Source of the DNA: a virus
Taxonomy: Duplodnaviria > Caudoviricetes
Reading direction: 5' to 3' (one strand)
DNA length: 64,000 bases
IMG/VR virus record: IMGVR_UViG_2595698404_000001
Location: 8,962 to 72,961 of that record
The translations under genes and the position numbers were made by a program. The notes under the pieces were generated by a model that saw only the letters and a program-made list of their open reading frames with translations, was not told the DNA's origin and searched no databases. Shown here piece by piece: positions 8,629-18,304 of this stretch (position 1 is the first letter of the stretch; each line of letters begins with the position of its first letter).

Positions 8629-8662
8629 AAAAACCCTTACTAGTAATATAGTAAGGGTTTTT
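8629..8662. terminator. Bidirectional intrinsic terminator
   Basis: AAAAACCCTTACTA/TAGTAAGGGTTTTT between convergent genes. Confidence 0.85.
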
Positions 8663-8673
8663 AATTTATGGTT

Positions 8674-8904
8674 CTATTTAAAAAATTTCTCTAACTTATC
8701 GGAGTTATTAAAACAAAATACTATAAACTCGGCATGTTTTAAGGCTTCGTATTTTTCTCTTGTGCTCTGGATCTCGCTTTGTTCATTAATATAATACGGA
8801 ATCCTAGCCACTTTATATTTTTGTCCAGGTGTTGTGCCTATTATATTCCATGCCGAATTTTTTTGACTATGTTGTATCTTTACTTTTATTTTTGGATTTT
8901 CCAT
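8674..8904 (-). CDS. Hypothetical protein
   Basis: 76 aa ORF in the leftward cluster. Confidence 0.6.
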   Translation of the reverse strand: MENPKIKVKIQHSQKNSAWNIIGTTPGQKYKVARIPYYINEQSEIQSTREKYEALKHAEFIVFCFNNSDKLEKFFK

Positions 8905-8907
8905 AAC

Positions 8908-9150
8908 CTATATTTTTGCGTTAAAATTAATTTCTGCGTTTATTGCTTTTAATATTCTTGATGCCGTAACGATAGAGGGCCTTTTTAGCCCTCTGATTAT
9001 CTTTGAAATATCGCCCTGACTTATACCCGTTTCTCGAGAAATAAAGCCCTGTGTAATTCCTAAATTCTGCATTCTTTCGCTTACGTAGTCCGCAAACTGC
9101 ATAATGATTTCCTGTTCTGTTTCCGTGTGATCGATATAAGTCTGAGCCAT
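8908..9150 (-). CDS. XRE-family HTH regulator
   Basis: GITQGFISRETGISQGDISKIIRGLKRPSI is an HTH_3 pattern. Confidence 0.85.
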   Translation of the reverse strand: MAQTYIDHTETEQEIIMQFADYVSERMQNLGITQGFISRETGISQGDISKIIRGLKRPSIVTASRILKAINAEINFNAKI

Positions 9151-9153
9151 AAG

Positions 9154-9318
9154 TTAAAAAGTTTTAATTCGTTCTACAAGTGCGCCCCTTTCATTTATTG
9201 AAAGCTCTTCAAAAGTTCTATTGTTCATGTGCCATCGTCCGTTTAAAACTTGATAGTTAGTATTCGGTCTTGGTATTTCTTCCTTTATTTCTCTGATTGT
9301 TTCTAATATTCCAAACAT
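9154..9318 (-). CDS. Hypothetical protein (start at MFGILE)
   Basis: AAAATACTATG start context. Confidence 0.5.
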   Translation of the reverse strand: MFGILETIREIKEEIPRPNTNYQVLNGRWHMNNRTFEELSINERGALVERIKTF

Positions 9319-9643
9319 AGTATTTTGTTTAATTTGTTTCTTTTTTAAACTGCTTCTTTTGATCTCTTTTTGGCGGCAAAGTTCCGCTAATAGTTCCACC
9401 AGTTATTAGGCACTTATTTTGTTCCCACCAGGCAGGAACTAATTTTTTTGTGTCGTTTCCATGTTATAACAATAATAAGATTGATATTGATAAAATTATA
9501 ATAATCGTCCAATAATAGACGTCTTTAAATGTCGGCTTTTTCATAATAGTAAACCGTAAATATTAATTAATATTCCTATTGCCCAAAGAATTAGCACGGT
9601 TAAAATTACCGTGCTATCTTTAATTTTTATGTCCTTCATACCT

Positions 9644-9937
9644 TTATTTTTTTGGTTCTTCAACATTAATATACTGCTTATACTCTTTTCCTGTTTTCTT
9701 ACTGGTCCGTAAAATGTACAAACTACCGCGCGAACTTTTAAAAACTGGGTAACTAGTTCCTTTAATATCGATAGTAAACTTAGTTTTTACCGCTTCGGTT
9801 GCTGTTTTGGCCGTTTCTACCTTAACGAGCTTGTCACCATCGACTATATATGTAGGTTTTTTCGATTGAGCGAAGCTACAAGACGATATAAGTAGTAAAA
9901 TTCCCGTAATTGTGCATAAAATGTTTCTTTTTTTCAT
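9644..9937 (-). CDS. Small secreted or membrane protein
   Basis: MKKRNILCTITGILLLISSCSFAQ signal peptide. Confidence 0.6.
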   Translation of the reverse strand: MKKRNILCTITGILLLISSCSFAQSKKPTYIVDGDKLVKVETAKTATEAVKTKFTIDIKGTSYPVFKSSRGSLYILRTSKKTGKEYKQYINVEEPKK

Positions 9938-10132
9938 GTTGTTTAATTTATTTGATTTTAAAAAAATGATTATACCTTCCTTTTGAGGTTTCAAACCTCG
10001 TTTTAATAAATCCGTTTACCTCTCCAGAATATGAAACCATATTTTTATATTCTCCAAGGTTAAACGCTTTGCAGATTTGCAAAACTTCTTCTTTTACTTC
10101 CTTCATATTGTTTATGATTAATATTAATTAGT

Positions 10133-10178
10133 TCCTTAGTTGGTAGCGAACCAATAAAATGCGCTTTGCATCTAAGGA
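10133..10178 (-). ncRNA. tRNA-like (7-bp stem plus T-arm) leader element, copy 1
   Basis: TCCTTAG..ATGC/GCAT..TTGG-TTCGCTA-CCAA-CTAAGGA on the minus strand. Confidence 0.5.
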
Positions 10179-10187
10179 TTGGGTTAG

Positions 10188-10481
10188 TTATTTGTTTTCA
10201 CTTTTCCAGTTTTCAAAATCATTTACATATAATTGACAAAATTCTTTTTGCTCTGTTGGATTTATGTTAAAGGATTTTAAAGTATTTATGTAATGTTTTC
10301 TTGCTACTCTTTCAAGTTGCGAAAATCTTTTCCATTTTGGACCAGTTCCAAACCATCCAGTTTTCAAAATATCTCTGTAAATAGAATCCCTTAAGGCTGC
10401 TAATTCTCTTGTGTTATCGGTATAAAGAATTAAATCGTTTACAGCGTGACTTGTTGCGCCTGTTTCGTATGTAGTTTCCAT
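10188..10481 (-). CDS. Hypothetical early protein
   Basis: 97 aa ORF. Confidence 0.6.
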   Translation of the reverse strand: METTYETGATSHAVNDLILYTDNTRELAALRDSIYRDILKTGWFGTGPKWKRFSQLERVARKHYINTLKSFNINPTEQKEFCQLYVNDFENWKSENK

Positions 10482-10715
10482 ATCTAATAAATTTTAATTG
10501 TTAACACCGCCCAATTAAGGGCGAACGCTTGCAGCCTAATAACCTATTTTATGCCGCTGCAACGGCTTCAATTTTCCATCCTTCGTACTTCATGGCCCAG
10601 TGTGCGCTTTGACCCTGTTTCCTTTGTAGCTGCATATAACACTCGTTTTCTGTTCCTGTGAATTTAATTTCTCCGTTTTGACTTAAATTATATTGTTTCA
10701 TGGCTTAAATGTTTT

Positions 10716-11243
10716 TTAGATATTATATAAATTGTTTAAATTTTCGTTGTTTAAAATACGCTTAACACAGTACTTTAAAATTTTTATTTCATTATTGGAT
10801 AGATCAGATTCTTTTATAGTTCTGTACCCTATACCATTAGTTAAGTATATTTTTTCTCCTACTAGAATAAACTCAATATTCTCTCTTCTTGATATTCTGT
10901 AATAATTACCATTAACCGACGAACAACTTAAAAATCTTTTGTTTTTTAAATGGTCCTTAAAATCTACCTTTTTAATTGTGTCTTTGCCATCTGGATGCTT
11001 TTTAAAAAACGCAGTATCTTCTGGTCTTTTATCGTCAATTATCTTATCAATCATTGTATCATATATTCTAAAACCTGACGTAGTATTATATTGATTGGAG
11101 AATAAAAATTTTGTATCTATATCAACCCATTTCCCTTGATTTTCTTTTACCCAATTAACAAAATTATCGTGTGCTTTTTTGTCGTTTCTAAATCCTGAAA
11201 AAGGTTGAATGTAAATGTAATTACTCGTTAATAATGCTTTCAT
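10716..11243 (-). CDS. Hypothetical early protein
   Basis: 175 aa ORF. Confidence 0.65.
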   Translation of the reverse strand: MKALLTSNYIYIQPFSGFRNDKKAHDNFVNWVKENQGKWVDIDTKFLFSNQYNTTSGFRIYDTMIDKIIDDKRPEDTAFFKKHPDGKDTIKKVDFKDHLKNKRFLSCSSVNGNYYRISRRENIEFILVGEKIYLTNGIGYRTIKESDLSNNEIKILKYCVKRILNNENLNNLYNI

Positions 11244-11289
11244 AATCGTATCTTTTAAAATGTTTATTAATTTGTTTTTTCTGGTGAGC

Positions 11290-11472
11290 TTATTTGGTTA
11301 GTTCCATGTCTTTTATGTAGCTATCCTTTAAAGAAACTGCTTCTTTCTTTGGGTACTTGTCGGACCATACTAAAAAGCGTTTAAATCCTTCTAGTGAGTA
11401 ACCAAGATATTCAAAATATAGTTTTGAATTTTTTATTGTTCTGGTGTAAGTGGTATTTATTTCTAATTCCAT
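11290..11472 (-). CDS. Hypothetical early protein
   Basis: 60 aa ORF. Confidence 0.55.
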   Translation of the reverse strand: MELEINTTYTRTIKNSKLYFEYLGYSLEGFKRFLVWSDKYPKKEAVSLKDSYIKDMELTK

Positions 11473-11625
11473 AACCTTATTTTTATTTGTTACCTAATAA
11501 ATACCTTATAACGGTATTAATTTTGTTCTTCTCGTTTAATTCTTTCAGCTCCTTAGCCGTATAAACGTTTACTCTTGCTCCTGCATGTATAATTGTCAGG
11601 CCTGTTTTGCTTTGCATGATGTTAT

Positions 11626-11847
11626 TTATTTTTTAATTGATTGGTTTATGTAGTTACACCTAGCAACTGCAATTGTTATATCTGAATAAGCACTATCGAC
11701 AATACAATAACACCCGTTAGGCTTCCATACATGGTAATTAGGTTTTTTATTAGTACCCTCATTACTTACATAGCAACTTCCGGAAGTATGTAAAATATTT
11801 AAGCTTATTTCCTCTTTAGTTCCGTTAGGGTTATATTTATCATTCAT
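11626..11847 (-). CDS. Hypothetical early protein
   Basis: 73 aa ORF. Confidence 0.55.
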   Translation of the reverse strand: MNDKYNPNGTKEEISLNILHTSGSCYVSNEGTNKKPNYHVWKPNGCYCIVDSAYSDITIAVARCNYINQSIKK

Positions 11848-12039
11848 AACTCTCTTATTTTAAATAATCCGTGTTTAAATCTCCGTTAATCAATCCTATT
11901 ACTAAACTCCCAATAGTTACCGCAATAACTCCAAGAAATAAAACCTTAATTAATAACTCTACTTTGTTCGTGTTCTCTAATACTCTGTTTAATGTCTTCA
12001 TAATATTTATGTTTTAAATGTTAATACTCTTTAATTAGC

Positions 12040-12107
12040 TAGGCAGTTAGTAGCGAGCTAAAACAATCTCTTTTTATACCTTATATATAGGTATTAGATT
12101 CTGCCTA
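12040..12107 (-). ncRNA. tRNA-like leader element, copy 2
   Basis: TAGGCAG..hairpin..TTAG-CTCGCTA-CTAA-CTGCCTA on the minus strand; covaries with copy 1. Confidence 0.5.
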
Positions 12108-13133
12108 ATTTTATGCTTACCAATATGTCAATGAACTTTGTGTCTCTCGCAACCCTTATAAACACTGAGGTTATTCCCTTACACATGGCTAAAGTACATA
12201 TTATATACAGTTCTCACAAATAAAAGAGAATAAATCGTTATCACTTGTTTTTATGGCTATTTTGATAACAATAGATATTTCTTATAAGTCAATGAATTAA
12301 GGCTATTACAAGGGTTCTTATTGTGGTTTACATGCACCTATATAATAGGACTATTTAAAGACCTGTATAAATAAGGGGTAATTGTCGTAGTTTTTAAGTA
12401 TTGTAGATGTGTGGGTTTTGTTTGTCACTAACACGTAAACACACGCAGAAATTAAAAAAGGTGTGAATATCCGGAGAACTAAGCGAGATCTGGACGTTTA
12501 TACCTTATTATAGTACGCCATTGCTAGGATATATTGCACGGTTGTACATTGGTTGTTCAAATATTGCACGTATGAAGCGTAACTTTCTGTAAATTAGTAG
12601 GTTAATTGCTAAAAGGCGTGCCCATAGTAGGAGTACGCACAATTAGTATGATTCAAAACTCACAAATTAGTAGCATGCAAAAAGTCAAAAATCTAAGAGG
12701 CGAAGAAATCAAAACGCACCCCGTGGGGTAAATATCTCGAGTTTTCCTTTCGCCAGGTATCGCTCGATACTAGTACTCCATCCCCACAACATTATCACGA
12801 GAGATTTTTTGGAATAAAAAAAGGCACCGACTATAAATCGATACCTTTTAGATGTGGGTCTCCTTTCTTTGGGTTAAACTTCCGTTATGTAAATATAGGT
12901 TAATTATTCTTAAAATCAGCAGTTTCTATCTATACTATATAAAGTAAGATAGGATTTCTCCTTTATATTACTGGTTATTAATAAGTTACGATATTTTCAT
13001 TGGGCTGAGGGTGTGTCTAACTTTCATTATCTGAGACGTTTAGACATTCTGTAAAATGCTAACTTTCATCCTGAGTGAAAGTTAGACATTGGAATTACAT
13101 ACGATTTTTATATTAGAATCAAAAGTTTTATTA

Positions 13134-13141
13134 TATATTTG
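13134..13141 (+). promoter_or_regulatory. Bacteroidota -7 promoter element
   Basis: TATATTTG matches TAnnTTTG, ahead of the rightward operon. Confidence 0.6.
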
Positions 13142-13382
13142 TCTGGCCGACCTTCACATTAAGGCGAAAGATATTCAAGGACCTATATAATTTGGAATCA
13201 GGGTGAAGGCTGAGGAAGGGTTGTACTAGGTCTTTTTTTAATTAAACTAGGGATTATGCATAAAGAAGATAATAATGATTTATTTGGAGAAGAGTTTGTT
13301 TATAGATTAAGGTTTTTTCTTACTGTATTAGTAATGGTGATTGCATTATCGGTATTTTTAATAATAGGTTAAACTAAGTATT

Positions 13383-13628
13383 ATGGGAAAAAGACAAACA
13401 TTAGATTATGAGTTTCCATTTATTTTTGGAGAGAAACCATTGACGGTTGATAGTGACTTTGGTCATATATTCCAGAATGAAAATAAGGATCAAATAGAGT
13501 TCAATATAGAATCTCTTAGGGATCATAAGGAAGCTATTATAAAGTTCCTTGAAGGAGAAGACTCAAGGCTTATAAAATCTATAGTGGGAATAGCTATAGC
13601 TGCTTCTGTGTTAAGAATTAAAAGATAA
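13383..13628 (+). CDS. Hypothetical protein
   Basis: 81 aa ORF. Confidence 0.55.
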   Translation: MGKRQTLDYEFPFIFGEKPLTVDSDFGHIFQNENKDQIEFNIESLRDHKEAIIKFLEGEDSRLIKSIVGIAIAASVLRIKR

Positions 13629-13652
13629 CAACTAAAAACTAAATTTAAAATT

Positions 13653-14164
13653 ATGAAACTAAGTATTGAAACAAGTGAATTACAAGGAGCATCAGAATAC
13701 AATTGGATAGCCAAGGTTGACAGCGTTAAATATGATGCCTTTAAGATGAACTATCCAGGATCGGTTGTATACGCAAAAACCGAAGAATCAGCATACAACC
13801 AACTAAAAGATAACTTAGAAAAAAGGGCCATACCGTTATAAAGGAAGAAAACAAAATTACTCCTAGAATAAAAACGGATGAATTAGGTTGGTCGGAGATA
13901 GTCAACTTAATAGGCAACGAAGATATTAGTCCGGCAGAAATACTAACGGAGATCGCGTTAGACAAACAGAGTGTTGAGAAGGACATATTGATTGCCGAGA
14001 CAAATCTACAGCGTTTAAAAGCTAAAGAATTACAGTTAAAAGCTTCAGCATTACATGTTATGAAGTATATAAAGAAGGAGTTTCCGTTGGTGGTAATTAA
14101 CGACGGATTTATTGTTGTTGTAACTAAGGACGAAATAACCATAGAAAGTAACGTAATAAAATAA
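13653..14164 (+). CDS. Hypothetical protein split by a -1 shift at A6 (13819-13824)
   Basis: A startless frame 13814-14164 (KKGHTVIKEENK...) continues 13653..13841. Confidence 0.5.
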
Positions 14165-14167
14165 GCA

Positions 14168-14335
14168 ATGGGATATAAAGACGAGAACATCAAGCACAGA
14201 ATGGGGTTTAATACTAGCAAGCCTAAATACAAATGCCCTTATTGCAAGGGCGGCATAGGCGTTAAGGCTTCTTTTGTAAGTTGCCCTACATGCAAGAAGG
14301 TAGTAGACGGAGACGATTTAATAACAAGTAAATAA
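14168..14335 (+). CDS. Small zinc-ribbon protein
   Basis: Manual translation: CPYC...CPTC, 55 aa. Confidence 0.6.
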   Translation: MGYKDENIKHRMGFNTSKPKYKCPYCKGGIGVKASFVSCPTCKKVVDGDDLITSK

Positions 14336-14343
14336 AGGGGATT

Positions 14344-14538
14344 ATGGAATACATAAGCGTAAAAGAAAGATTACCAAAAGATAATAGATTCAGACACGTT
14401 ATGTGTGTTGACGGAGTTAATATATGTTTTTATGAGGAGTTTGGTCAAGTATGGCTTTGCAGAGAACATAATTCCGTTTACAATGTCGTATCATGGCAAG
14501 AACTACCGGATGAAGTAGAAGTAAACATATCAATGTAA
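14344..14538 (+). CDS. DUF551-like phage protein
   Basis: ISVKERLP...VVSWQELP motif. Confidence 0.75.
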   Translation: MEYISVKERLPKDNRFRHVMCVDGVNICFYEEFGQVWLCREHNSVYNVVSWQELPDEVEVNISM

Positions 14539-14747
14539 TGAAACTACTATCTAACGGTAAAGTAATACTAGAACCACAAGAATACGCTAATGTATTAGAA
14601 ACCATTAAAAGCCAAAAGAAGCTATTGGCTAGTAATAACTTTTACATGGAGAAATGGACTAAAGAGATTAACGCTCTAAAGAAAGCATTAGAGATTAAAG
14701 AAGCTGAATTAAACGAAAGCCATTGCGGTGGATGTGTTAAAAATTAA
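14538..14747 (+). CDS. Hypothetical coiled-coil protein
   Basis: Translationally coupled ORF. Confidence 0.55.
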   Translation: MKLLSNGKVILEPQEYANVLETIKSQKKLLASNNFYMEKWTKEINALKKALEIKEAELNESHCGGCVKN

Positions 14748-14820
14748 GTAATGAAATACAAAATAAAAAGAATACTAGAGTGTTTTGAGCACTATCACAG
14801 ATAAAATAGAATAACCCTTA

Positions 14821-15291
14821 ATGGACGGAAGAAAACTGCTTGCGGAGATTGATGCGTACGCTTCCAAGTGTTGGAGGCGTATCAATACCCATTACGGTTA
14901 TTTTACGTATAGCTTTAGTTCATACCGGCATAAGGTTATGATTGACGATCTTAAAATGAAAGAGTTAATCAATGACTGCGAAGAAGGAAAAATAAGTTAT
15001 CAGGACATTGTATTTTTTATCAAAATAGTAACCATGCTAAAATTTAGCAGAGAGTTTCACGAAGCTGCAGTGGTCCGGATAACCAAAGAAGACATGAAAG
15101 GATTCTGTAATAACAACTCCTACAAGTCTAGTAAAGAAAAACTTATAGAGTATAAGCTATTGATACCTACCATTAGCCGTAACCATTTCATAATCAACCC
15201 AAGGTATATCAATAAGTTCTACAAAACTAAGGTCGATATGTCGCCAGAGGACTTCAAAGAGTATAAGGAAAAACGATTGAATAAAGAGTAA
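14821..15291 (+). CDS. Winged-helix / RepL-like protein
   Basis: KLIEYKLL...HFIINPRY resembles the RepL wHTH C-terminus. Confidence 0.45.
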   Translation: MDGRKLLAEIDAYASKCWRRINTHYGYFTYSFSSYRHKVMIDDLKMKELINDCEEGKISYQDIVFFIKIVTMLKFSREFHEAAVVRITKEDMKGFCNNNSYKSSKEKLIEYKLLIPTISRNHFIINPRYINKFYKTKVDMSPEDFKEYKEKRLNKE

Positions 15292-15398
15292 CTATAGAAT
15301 TTTCAAATAGTTACTCTTTTTTTTGTTCCAAATCCAGTATAAACCACTTTTTTGGTTATATTTGCTTTATACTTATTACAAATTAAACGGGAAACAGT

Positions 15399-15656
15399 AT
15401 GAATCACGAATTAAAAGTTCAACAAGTAGTATTAAGCGGAGACGATTACTTGAATCTACACAGAACTATAACGGCATTAGAAAAACAGAATGCAGATCAG
15501 ATTAAGATTATCAATAATTTGCAAGACCTACACATTAAAATGCGCGCGAATGGAATAGGTATTGATGATAGTGCGTATGGAGCAAAAAAAATAGTTGTCT
15601 TAAACCAATTTAACGACGAAGCTACTCTTAGTATTCGCGTTCAATCTAGAGATTAA
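15399..15656 (+). CDS. Hypothetical protein
   Basis: 85 aa; CGGGAAA leader. Confidence 0.6.
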   Translation: MNHELKVQQVVLSGDDYLNLHRTITALEKQNADQIKIINNLQDLHIKMRANGIGIDDSAYGAKKIVVLNQFNDEATLSIRVQSRD

Positions 15657-15674
15657 TCACAAACAATAAATAAA

Positions 15675-15959
15675 ATGGCAAGATCAAAAAAATCGACTCC
15701 GGCAAGCGGAGAGGAATTAGACTTAACAACAAGTGCTAAGGCTAAAGAAGAAGTTACTCCAACCAAAGAGATTGAGGTAAAGGAACCAGAAACAGTAGAA
15801 GCTCCCAAAGAAGAGGTTGTAGTTAAACCTGCAAAGATCGAATGGGACATTAAGAAGTTAGCTACTCAGAAAACAATAACAGTTATTACAAACTATATTA
15901 ACAAAGGAGCAGTAGACTCTACGGAGTTAGAAGCGTTGTTGGATAGCTGTGTAAAGTAA
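15675..15959 (+). CDS. Hypothetical Glu/Lys/Pro-rich protein
   Basis: Highly expressed-like codon use; followed by a terminator. Confidence 0.65.
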   Translation: MARSKKSTPASGEELDLTTSAKAKEEVTPTKEIEVKEPETVEAPKEEVVVKPAKIEWDIKKLATQKTITVITNYINKGAVDSTELEALLDSCVK

Positions 15960-15964
15960 GAATC

Positions 15965-15998
15965 AAAAGACCTCTTATGAAACCGTAGGAGGTCTTTT
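15965..15998 (+). terminator. Intrinsic terminator
   Basis: AAAAGACCTC..GAGGTCTTTT. Confidence 0.75.
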
Positions 15999-16021
15999 AA
16001 AAATTAATAAATCGGGAAAAG

Positions 16022-16378
16022 ATGACAAATAGATTTAAAGAGGCTAATTCAAGAGTTATACAGTGGGCGGCAGTAAAAGGAATTCTAGCTAAGGCAACTC
16101 CTTTAACTCAACACTCTAAAACAGAAGAAGAGGTTGCGGAACTTAAAGAGGCTTTATACTTCAAAAACAATGAAGTTGTTAGCTATAAAAACTCAAAAGG
16201 GAAAACGGTATTTACTGACGAAGAAGTTAAGGATGCTGTAGGGGATATATTAGTAACCATCCTTATCCAATGTGGACTTCAGTATTTAGATCCATTAGAT
16301 TGCCTAGAATCGGCTTTAGATGTAATCGAAAACCGTACAGGCAGAATGGTTAATGGTCAATTCGTTAAAGATGAATAA
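16022..16378 (+). CDS. MazG-like nucleotide pyrophosphohydrolase
   Basis: KTEEEVAEL...VKDAVGDILVT...RTGRMVNGQFVKD. Confidence 0.9.
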   Translation: MTNRFKEANSRVIQWAAVKGILAKATPLTQHSKTEEEVAELKEALYFKNNEVVSYKNSKGKTVFTDEEVKDAVGDILVTILIQCGLQYLDPLDCLESALDVIENRTGRMVNGQFVKDE

Positions 16379-16673
16379 ATCCAAAGAAAACTTTACCACT
16401 ATCATGTCATCTTTGCAGCAGCAGCATGACGCGGACATTCAGTTTGCAAAGGATGCAAGTATACTGCTTAAATCAGAAGTTAATCCTTACAATAACTCAC
16501 TACTTGTAAAACTATTGGTAGACGTTATGGCTTCTTGGTTTGGCGCAGAAGATTCTAAAGACCGCATAAACCACTTCATGTACGGAATGGATTTTGGAAG
16601 ATATAAAGAAAAAGAGGTCGTATCAATAAATGACCTATGGGATTCACTAGTAAAAAACAGCCAAAATGGATAA
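16371..16673 (+). CDS. Hypothetical protein
   Basis: Coupled ORF starting MNKSKE. Confidence 0.6.
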   Translation: MNKSKENFTTIMSSLQQQHDADIQFAKDASILLKSEVNPYNNSLLVKLLVDVMASWFGAEDSKDRINHFMYGMDFGRYKEKEVVSINDLWDSLVKNSQNG

Positions 16674-16905
16674 GATAGAATGGATTCCTGTAAAGAGCTC
16701 ACAGATTAAAGAGATAGGCCACGATGGAGACTTAACACTTTACATTAAGTTTAAAAGAAAAGATACGGTTTATTCATACTGGCCGATAGAAAATATACAG
16801 TTCATTGAGTTTAAGGATGCGGAAAGCATTGGAAGCTATTTCCATCAAAACTTAAAAATGAACAAGACTCTTGTTATCACCAACGAGATTAAGAAAAATA
16901 CGTAG
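16666..16905 (+). CDS. KTSC domain protein
   Basis: PVKSSQIKEIGHD...LYIKF...AESIGSYFHQNLK. Confidence 0.9.
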   Translation: MDKIEWIPVKSSQIKEIGHDGDLTLYIKFKRKDTVYSYWPIENIQFIEFKDAESIGSYFHQNLKMNKTLVITNEIKKNT

Positions 16906-17081
16906 CCTAATTGGAGATTTAAAATTTACCTGTCTGTAGATTGGATTGTCGGTATGGTTGTTTCATAAGTTCGGAGCTAATTAGGTGATATATTCATAAA
17001 CTCCTACAAATATCGATTTGACTGGCTTACCAGTGAAAAGTAACTGGTTTTTTAATTTCAAACAATATTAAAACAAACATA

Positions 17082-17444
17082 ATGAGCAAAGAAGAAAACG
17101 AAACAGTATTCTACGAAATAGAAACAAAGTCATCGAATTTGGTAGAAGCAATTTTAGAAGTAGCAAGCGAGCTAGATAGGGGTGATGTAGATTTCGAAAA
17201 AGCGAATGTAAAAATATCCTCTTTAATAGAAGAATATCGAGAAGAGAAAGAAATATTAGACTTAGTAGCTAATGGATTAAATGCCGTGAAATTTGCTAAG
17301 TACTATGAATCATTGACTTCTGTAAATAAAATAAGCTTACATCCAAGTCCAAGAAACCTAAGTATGGAAGAGATTTATGACAAATACACAAGAAACAAGG
17401 ATAAAGATTCTAAAGATTTTTGGAAAAAACAAGAAGTAATATAA
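17082..17444 (+). CDS. Hypothetical protein
   Basis: 120 aa ORF. Confidence 0.6.
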   Translation: MSKEENETVFYEIETKSSNLVEAILEVASELDRGDVDFEKANVKISSLIEEYREEKEILDLVANGLNAVKFAKYYESLTSVNKISLHPSPRNLSMEEIYDKYTRNKDKDSKDFWKKQEVI

Positions 17445-17561
17445 ATGAATTGTACATATTGCGATAAACCAATACCACCTGACCAAGAAAGATACTTAGG
17501 TGAAAGCGAATTGGCATTTTGCGAAGAGTGCTTTAAAATAATAAATTAAACTAAGGGAAAA

Positions 17562-18143
17562 ATGCAAAAAGAATTTACAACAGAAGAATTATTAGATCAA
17601 CACATCAAGAATAAAAACGGTGTAATTTTCAATGTGTTCTTGCACGAGACTAGAAACGATATTTGCTACCTAAGAAGAGCTAATAAATACACTAGGAAAA
17701 ACATAAGAGAAATTAAGCAAGGAATTGTTGACGGTACCTGGATTAGAATCAATGAACACGAATTAAAAAAGTTCATGGAAGAGGATAACGATAAAATGAT
17801 TAGCCTTACTAGAAAAATGGTAAAGAGAACTATCATTACTCAACTTCTATTAGAGGGAGACGACGAACTTAAAGTGGATTACGAAGGCGATAAGTACTTT
17901 AAGAGCACACTAGAGAAGAGTAATCGAGAATGTGAGCGCATAGCATCAAGACAATTCGATAAGGTGTATGACGCGGATAATGTGACTTCCCAAAACCTAA
18001 TGAATGCCGTTGATCGAGTTACAACAAAACTAGCAAGCCTAGATATTTCAGATTACCCATTCTTTGAGAACTTAATTGACGATTATTTCGCCAATAGAGA
18101 AGAGCACTTAAAAAGAGAAACATTTTTTACTAAAGTGGATTAA
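17562..18143 (+). CDS. Hypothetical protein
   Basis: 193 aa ORF; GGGAAAAATG start. Confidence 0.65.
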   Translation: MQKEFTTEELLDQHIKNKNGVIFNVFLHETRNDICYLRRANKYTRKNIREIKQGIVDGTWIRINEHELKKFMEEDNDKMISLTRKMVKRTIITQLLLEGDDELKVDYEGDKYFKSTLEKSNRECERIASRQFDKVYDADNVTSQNLMNAVDRVTTKLASLDISDYPFFENLIDDYFANREEHLKRETFFTKVD

Positions 18144-18304
18144 TTGTGGAGATTAATAAAAATAAATCTAGAATATCTGAGCTAGAATCTTTGCAGTCTA
18201 GGTATGAGAAAAAAATAAAGGAATATGATTCTTTAGGATTAGACTCTAGTTACGCTAAAAATGTCAAGAAGTGTATAGATAACAGGATAAAAAAATTAAC
18301 ATAA

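Noticed and set aside
10563-10576. CGGCTTCAATTTT resembling a cassette B arm
   Set aside because: No AAC/GTT boundary at the expected spacing and no partner arm; lies in an ORF end.
10133-12107. Bona fide tRNA genes
   Set aside because: No complete cloverleaf with D and anticodon arms; reported only as tRNA-like elements.
13741-14232. Minus-strand 163 aa ORF
   Set aside because: Shadow of the plus-strand frameshifted gene.
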